DNA from: Octopus sinensis
Taxonomy: Eukaryota
DNA length: 28,105 bases
Assembly: GCF_006345805.1 (NCBI RefSeq)
Contig: NW_021827503.1
Location: forward strand, 1 to 28,105
Direction: 5' to 3'
This document shows, piece by piece, positions 22,268-28,105 of the stretch. Positions within the stretch are counted from its first letter, which is position 1; each line of letters opens with the position of its first letter. A program made the translations under genes and the position numbers. The notes beneath the pieces were generated by a model, which saw nothing but the letters and a program-made list of their open reading frames with translations, did no database searches and was not told where the DNA came from.

Positions 22268-22570
22268 GTGTGTGAGTGTGTGTGTGAGTGTGTGTGAGTG
22301 TGTGTGTGTGTGAGAGTGAGTGTGAGTGTGTGTGTGTGAGTGTGTGTGTGTGAGTGTGTGTGTGTGTGAGTGTGTGTGTGTGTGTGACTAAGTGAGTGTG
22401 TGTGTGTGTGTGAGTGTGTGTGTGAGAGTGAGTGTGTGTGTGAGAGTGAGTGTGAGTGTGTGTGTGTGTGAGTGAGTGTGTGTGTGTGTGTGTGTGTGTG
22501 AGTGTGTGTATATGTGTGTGTGTGACTGAGTGTGTGTGACTGAGTGTGTGTGACTGAGTGTGTGTGTGTG
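22268..22570. repeat. (GT)n/(GTGA) microsatellite
   Basis: Direct reading. Confidence 0.95.
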
Positions 22571-23069
22571 TTATTTAAAGGAGCTTTGACTGCTATTTCT
22601 AGTAACTCAACAGGCGACATCGTGAGAGACAAAGGTCCCTTTTTGATGTCAAGCAATGACGACAGTAGCCATGGCGATGGAATAGCAATACAGGAGCTGT
22701 CGTCGTGGTTAAAAAGTGCCGTTGTTGTTGTTGCCGTCGCCGACGGTGCTGATGGCGGTGGGGATGATGATGGTGGTGGTGGCGGCGGTGATGATTGTAG
22801 GATGGAAATACAGCAAAAAAGTTAAAGTGTAATGTATGTAGCGGAGGAGGAGAAGAGGCAGGGGAGGCAGGGGAAAGCGTAGTACGGAGGAAAAAAGGGT
22901 GAAGACAAGTAAAGGATTGAGAGAGGGAGCGAGGGGAGGAGTGAGAGAGGGAGCAAGGGTAAGGGAGTGAAGGTGGGAGGTAATAAAGAAGGCATTCAGT
23001 TACGCCACATAATATGATGGATGGTTAAGTTGTCTGTTAATTAGGTGTGAAGTCAGGCTCTTGTTGATA

Positions 23070-23362
23070 TGTGTGGATGTGTGTGGGTATGTGTGTGTGT
23101 GCGCGCGTGCACACGTGTGTTACCGTGTGTGTGTGTGTGTGTAATATATGTGTATGTATGAATGTATATCTATCTGTCTATCTATCTGTCTATCTATCTG
23201 TCTGTCTATCTATCTATTTATCTATCTACCTATCTATCTATATTTATAGATATATGTATATATATATGGGTTTATGTGTGTGTATATATCTATATATGTA
23301 TCCACACACAGATACATGCTTACACAAGCTTACATATATAAAGATGTATGTGTGTGTGTATC

Positions 23363-23403
<41 letters not shown>

Positions 23404-23459
23404 GCATATATATATTGTATATATATATATGTATGTATGTATACACGCACACACGTGTT

Positions 23460-23509
<50 letters not shown>

Positions 23510-23688
23510 CATACACTGATACCCATGCATACACACACACACACACACTCGTATATCAACAGGATGGGTCGAGAGAAGCGGGTGGTTCTGAAAAGGACGT
23601 AACACAAGCCGTTGTGGTTTGGTGCAGCGTTGTTGGATAGAAGTAGCAGCAGCAGCAGCAGCGCAGCAGCAGCAGCAGCAGCAGTAGC

Positions 23689-23720
<32 letters not shown>

Positions 23721-23871
23721 CAGCGGTGATGGTATATGTGAAGTGTTGAAGGGCGCTTGCAGGTGATTGTATGGGGCAGAACAAGAGCGGTCTCTTTAGA
23801 CGTACTGGGTGGCTTCATCTGTAACAGGTCTATTGTGCGCTCTATGTGTTTGTGTGTGTTTGAGTGTGTTT

Positions 23872-23936
<65 letters not shown>

Positions 23937-23940
23937 AGAG
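23070..23940. repeat. Cluster of simple repeats: (GT), (TATC), (TA), (CA), (GCA)/(GTA), (GT)(GA)
   Basis: Direct reading, with short unique stretches in between. Confidence 0.85.
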
Positions 23941-24150
23941 AAAGTGGTGTGGTATGGGAGTCGGATTTCAAGTACTACGTGGGTCGTTTTTTAAAGTTTG
24001 TGTGTGTTTGTATGTTGGAAAGTTTTTATTTTTCTCCTAAGGGTTGTGCGTTGCGGAACTACGTAGAACGTTTGTAATGTGTGTGTGTGTGTGTGTATGC
24101 ATGCGCGCGCCGCGCGCGTGTGTGTGTGTGTGTGTGTGCTTGTGTGTGTT

Positions 24151-24965
24151 TATAATAATCCGTTCTACTAAAGCACAATTCCTGAAATTTTGGGGGTAGG
24201 AGTCAGTCGATAACATCGATCCCAGGATTCAAATGACACTGTAGTGATCCTATATAACGGTGCGCGCTCGCGCACCGTCCATTTCTATTTCGCGCGTGCG
24301 GTGTTGGTGCCTTCACCAAGGCAGAGAGGAAGGGCCCTCTCGCGCATGCGCGAAGCCCCGGAAGAAGGACCATTTGCCTACGTGGCAGTTAGCCGAGGCA
24401 AGGGGATCGTAGGACGTTGACCACTAACGTCCAGCAGCAGTCATTGACTTGAGACAAAGCGACCGAAGGCAACGGACGTATATTTTCTCGCTGTCCCTTT
24501 ATGATAGCAGTCGGCCGAAGGCTTTAACCAAATTGTTGCAGACAACATCATCTTCTTCTTTCCGGACGCCATTTTGACCAGTGTCGTTAGCATTTGAACA
24601 CTGTAGATTCTACAGCGATATAGTTCAGCTCTGACACATCTATACCAAAGGGATACCCAGATATACCACTTATTTGTTACTGTCATAAGAGAATAAAGTA
24701 GATATATATATTTTACGTCTGCGTCTTGTTGTTTCTGACTGGTAGAATCTGGATTATTAAAGCAACGGATAGTGATTGCTTCTCGCACCCCCAAAAGGTC
24801 CAGAGAAGATACACACTAGTTCGTTACAACACTTATTTTATCGACCCCGAAAGGACGAAAGACAAAGTCGACCTCAGCGGAAATTGAACTCAGAACATAA
24901 AGACGGACGAAATGCCACAAAACAATTTGTCCGGCGTACTAACGATTCTGGAAGCTTGCCGCCTT
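24151..24965 (-). mobile_element. tRNA-derived SINE split by a solo LTR (5' half 24829-24965, 3' half 24151-24239)
   Basis: Minus strand has an A-box-like CCAGAATCGTTAG and a B-box-like GAGTTCAATTTCC (24879-24891). Removing 24240-24828 and one ACAC joins the halves into one continuous SINE ending in an (ATT)-like tail. Confidence 0.75.
24240..24828 (+). mobile_element. Solo LTR (589 bp), probably Ty3/Gypsy-type
   Basis: Starts TGTA and ends TACA. Flanked by 4-bp direct repeats ACAC (24236-24239 and 24829-24832). AATAAA at 24692-24697. Interrupts a SINE cleanly. Confidence 0.8.
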
Positions 24966-24995
24966 GAACGGTCTATAAATAATAGTTCTTAGAAG

Positions 24996-25161
24996 CAGGG
25001 CCGGCTCAAGGCACCGGCATGTCGAGCAGTAATCCAGAGCGCCATGTGGATGGGGGCGCAAACGAGGGCGTGACAAAGACAAGGAAATTTCCACGACCGT
25101 CAGCTTGTACACTCCAATGATCAGCTTTCCCGGGGCGCCAGCAACCCAAAAGCCGGCCCTG
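24996..25161. mobile_element. hAT-type MITE (166 bp)
   Basis: 11-bp TIR CAGGGCCGGCT / AGCCGGCCCTG and a perfect 8-bp TSD CTTAGAAG (24988-24995 and 25162-25169). Confidence 0.92.
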
Positions 25162-25712
25162 CTTAGAAGTGAATATGAAAGCTTATTGTGTGATTTCTTA
25201 TAGGAAAGACTATATCAACATTTACAACAGTGTTGCATTTGTAATATATGAGGTATCAAGGGTTGGTTTCTGGTGGAAATGTTCGGGCTATGCTTGAAGA
25301 GATCCATGTAGTAGCTTAGCGAGAGTGTGTGCCGCCCCATCCCAAAGGCCTCCAAGCTTATAGCCTTATACAGCAAACCCAAAAGTGCCGTCCAGGACGG
25401 ATCACCCGCCTTCCCCGTTACGTACTCCATTTGCTTACTGCTGTTTCTGCTCATATGATGCAGCACACTCAAATGACTTCGTTTTTGAAGCTCTGGAGAA
25501 GCTATAAGGTGAATGCACAAGCACTCTTCTCTGAGTGCACTGCATCTTATAGTGGAAACAGCTGTAAGCTAATGAAATTCATTGCATAATTATCGGTTCC
25601 TTTGTCATTTATTTAATGTCACATTACACTTTGAACTTGACAAACACTTCGTTCTGAAGCTTATGCATATTGAGTTATAATACCAGGTTATTAATATCTC
25701 TGTATCTATGTA

Positions 25713-25860
25713 TACGAAGGGGTGCTGAAAAGTTCCTGGCTTTGGGTAAAAGAAAATAGAGGAGGATCAGTTAATTATGATTTTATCCAACATATTCCCC
25801 TCAGATTCACAAACTGTTAAAAAACTCGGAAGGTTGAGCCTCCAGCCAGGCCTTTCACGG
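25713..25860 (+). mobile_element. Tc1/mariner-type MITE fragment (left TIR only)
   Basis: TA followed by CGAAGGGGTGCTGAAAAGTTCCTGGC, a typical mariner terminus. No matching right TIR found. Confidence 0.55.
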
Positions 25861-26019
25861 CTTGCGAACCCCTGGGTTACAGCTTTTGAATTGGTAAAGC
25901 TATAATACAGGGAAGGTGTACTTCGGGCAGGAGCATTCCCAGTTCCGTGGTTGAGCCCTTCGATGAAGTGCTGCGTAGTCGAAGTAACGGTCCCCATCAT
26001 CACTTTGTTGCTTTGTTTC

Positions 26020-26400
26020 GGTTTGTGATGATGGTTGTGGTCGTGGTTTTGGTGGTGGTGGTGGACGTAGTGGTCAAGTCGAAATAGCTGTAGCGGCGGC
26101 TTTGGTGATTGTGGCAGAGAGGATCGTGATTGTTATGGGTAGTAGTGGTGGTGGAAATGGTTTTCATAATGGTGGTGGTGATTGCGGTAGTTGTGATGGT
26201 GGTGGCGGTGGTGGTGATGGTAGTGGTGGTATTTGTGGTGATTATGGTAGCTGTGATGGTGGTGGCTGCCTTGGCACCAGCAATGATGGTGTGTATGGTT
26301 TGGTGGTTGCAGTTGTGATGGTAGTTGTAATAGTGGTGATGACGGTGGCGGTTGTGTCAGTGGTGGTGATGGTGATGGTGATTGTAGCGATGCCAGTGAC
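26020..26400. repeat. (GGT)/(GAT) low-complexity tract
   Basis: Direct reading. Confidence 0.85.
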
Positions 26401-26632
26401 GTTTATTATCTGCGTGTCATATTTTCCACCATCAAACTATGAATAATTCGTTAGTTTAAACGATATTTGGTTTCCTTTAAATTGTTGTTGTTATTGTTGT
26501 TGTTGTTGTATTGTTTTTCTATCTCGTTGATAGGTTCTTGATTTTGGTTTTCGTAGCTTGGTGGAACGAACAATGGAGTCCAGAAGCAAGATGGCGAAAT
26601 TAACGAGGCGAGTTGACTGTTACATAAAGTTT

Positions 26633-27010
26633 ATGTATATATGTATGTATATATATATATATATATGCACACATATTTTTACACATACATATGTGTGTAT
26701 GTGTATGTATATGTATATATGTGCAAAATATACATATAAATATGCATATATATACATATCTATACATATATATGTATGTATACATATATAATATATATGT
26801 ATGTATGTATATATACAAATGTATATATATACATGTATCTATATATACACACACACATATATAGACATATATACGGTATATATATATATGTTATACATAT
26901 AGATATATATATTATATATATAATATATACATTATATATATTTATATTATACATATATATATAATTATATATATATATATATATTATATGATATATATAT
27001 ATATATATAT

Positions 27011-27089
<79 letters not shown>

Positions 27090-27100
27090 TATACATATAT
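26633..27100. repeat. Compound (TA)/(CA) microsatellite with (GATA)n at about 27012-27087
   Basis: Direct reading. Confidence 0.92.
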
Positions 27101-27424
27101 CAGAGACAGAAAGACAGACAGTGAACCAGGCAGACAGACCAACTGATAGTAGATGGTTGCCTGGAGATTAACTCTTACTGTCTGTCTGCCATTAAAGATC
27201 TGGGTGGCGAAGGAGAGAGTCTTTCAGAAAGACGGCGCGAGGGACGGGGTTGTTTGGAAAGAAGATAGTCTATGTTTGTCAATTCAACTGCAGTCAATCA
27301 CACCTTCCTGTCATTTTGACAGAGATATATATGGCTGCGAGGTGAAATTGAAACGACGACCCTGCCGATCGCGTAATACGATAACGTGGCATGATGAATG
27401 TTCTGTGGGCGTATGGGAGCGTAT

Positions 27425-27776
27425 GTGTGAGTGTGCGTGTCTGATTGTATGTGTATATGTGTGTGTGTGTGTCTGTGAATATGTATGTGCGTATGTATAG
27501 ACATGATATATGCATACAACATATATCTGTGTTTATATGTATTATATATGTGTGTGTGGTATTGTATATATATATATATATATATATCTATATATTATAT
27601 ATAATATATATATTATATATATATAGTATATATATATATATATATATATTATTTTATAAAAAAGATATGTATGTATATATATGTATAGATATATATAATA
27701 TATATTATAGATATAGATATATATTATATATATATATATATGTGATTATATTGTATATATATGTATATATATATGT

Positions 27777-27821
<45 letters not shown>

Positions 27822-27911
27822 ATATAGTATATATATATACTTATATATACATACATACATATACATACATATATATATGCCTGCATGTGTATATGAATGT
27901 ATGCATATATG

Positions 27912-27960
<49 letters not shown>
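27425..27960. repeat. Compound (TA)/(GT) microsatellite
   Basis: Direct reading. Confidence 0.9.
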
Positions 27961-27962
<2 letters not shown>

Positions 27963-28105
27963 TGCGCACTGGCGCATGTACATTTATCATATATTGTATG
28001 CGTGCGCGTGAGTTACGTATTTTAAATCTTTCGGAATATCGAGAAACTAAATCTCGCTCACCACGGACTTATGTTATGGAAGGGATGAGTGATAAAAAAA
28101 CAAAA

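Noticed and set aside
24441-24600. Host gene first exon on the minus strand (AAAATGGCG start, MASGKKK...)
   Set aside because: It lies inside the solo LTR, the ORF stops after about 43 codons, and no downstream exons were found.
24241-24702. Non-autonomous Helitron on the minus strand (TC start, GC hairpin 12 nt before CTAC)
   Set aside because: The end is CTAC|A rather than CTRR|T. The larger interval 24240-24828 has TG..CA termini and a 4-bp TSD and restores the SINE, so a solo LTR explains it better.
15992-27822. Numerous listed ORFs rich in Y/I, H/T, V/M, C/V
   Set aside because: They are translations of (TA), (CA), (GT) and (GGT) microsatellites, not genes.

Overview
This is AT-rich, microsatellite-dense animal DNA with no recognisable host gene. 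The repeat repertoire looks cephalopod/octopus-like (inference from family recollection, not confirmed). Bases 1-16,600 are a pile-up of non-LTR retrotransposons. They include a Tx1/L1-like element whose ORF2 is almost entirely replaced by a 5'-truncated HERO-type RT-RLE element, a second Tx1-like ORF1 followed by a truncated RTE element with a PHD-finger insert, and a full-length Tx1-like LINE at 10373-15693. The most notable structure surrounds that last LINE. It sits, with a perfect 17-bp target-site duplication, inside a ~360-363 bp tandem repeat. Each complete repeat unit carries a type I hammerhead ribozyme with a compensatory U3-A8 core and a palindromic helix III (retrozyme or Penelope-terminal-repeat-like). 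The LINE is therefore bracketed by two identical self-cleaving motifs. A 149-bp inverted copy of the repeat lies ~3.8 kb upstream. The right half is mostly simple repeats, plus a decayed Penelope GIY-YIG fragment, a SINE split by a 589-bp solo LTR (TG..CA, 4-bp TSD), a hAT MITE with an 8-bp TSD and a mariner-type terminal fragment. Coordinates were counted by hand, and no alignment, folding or database search was run.
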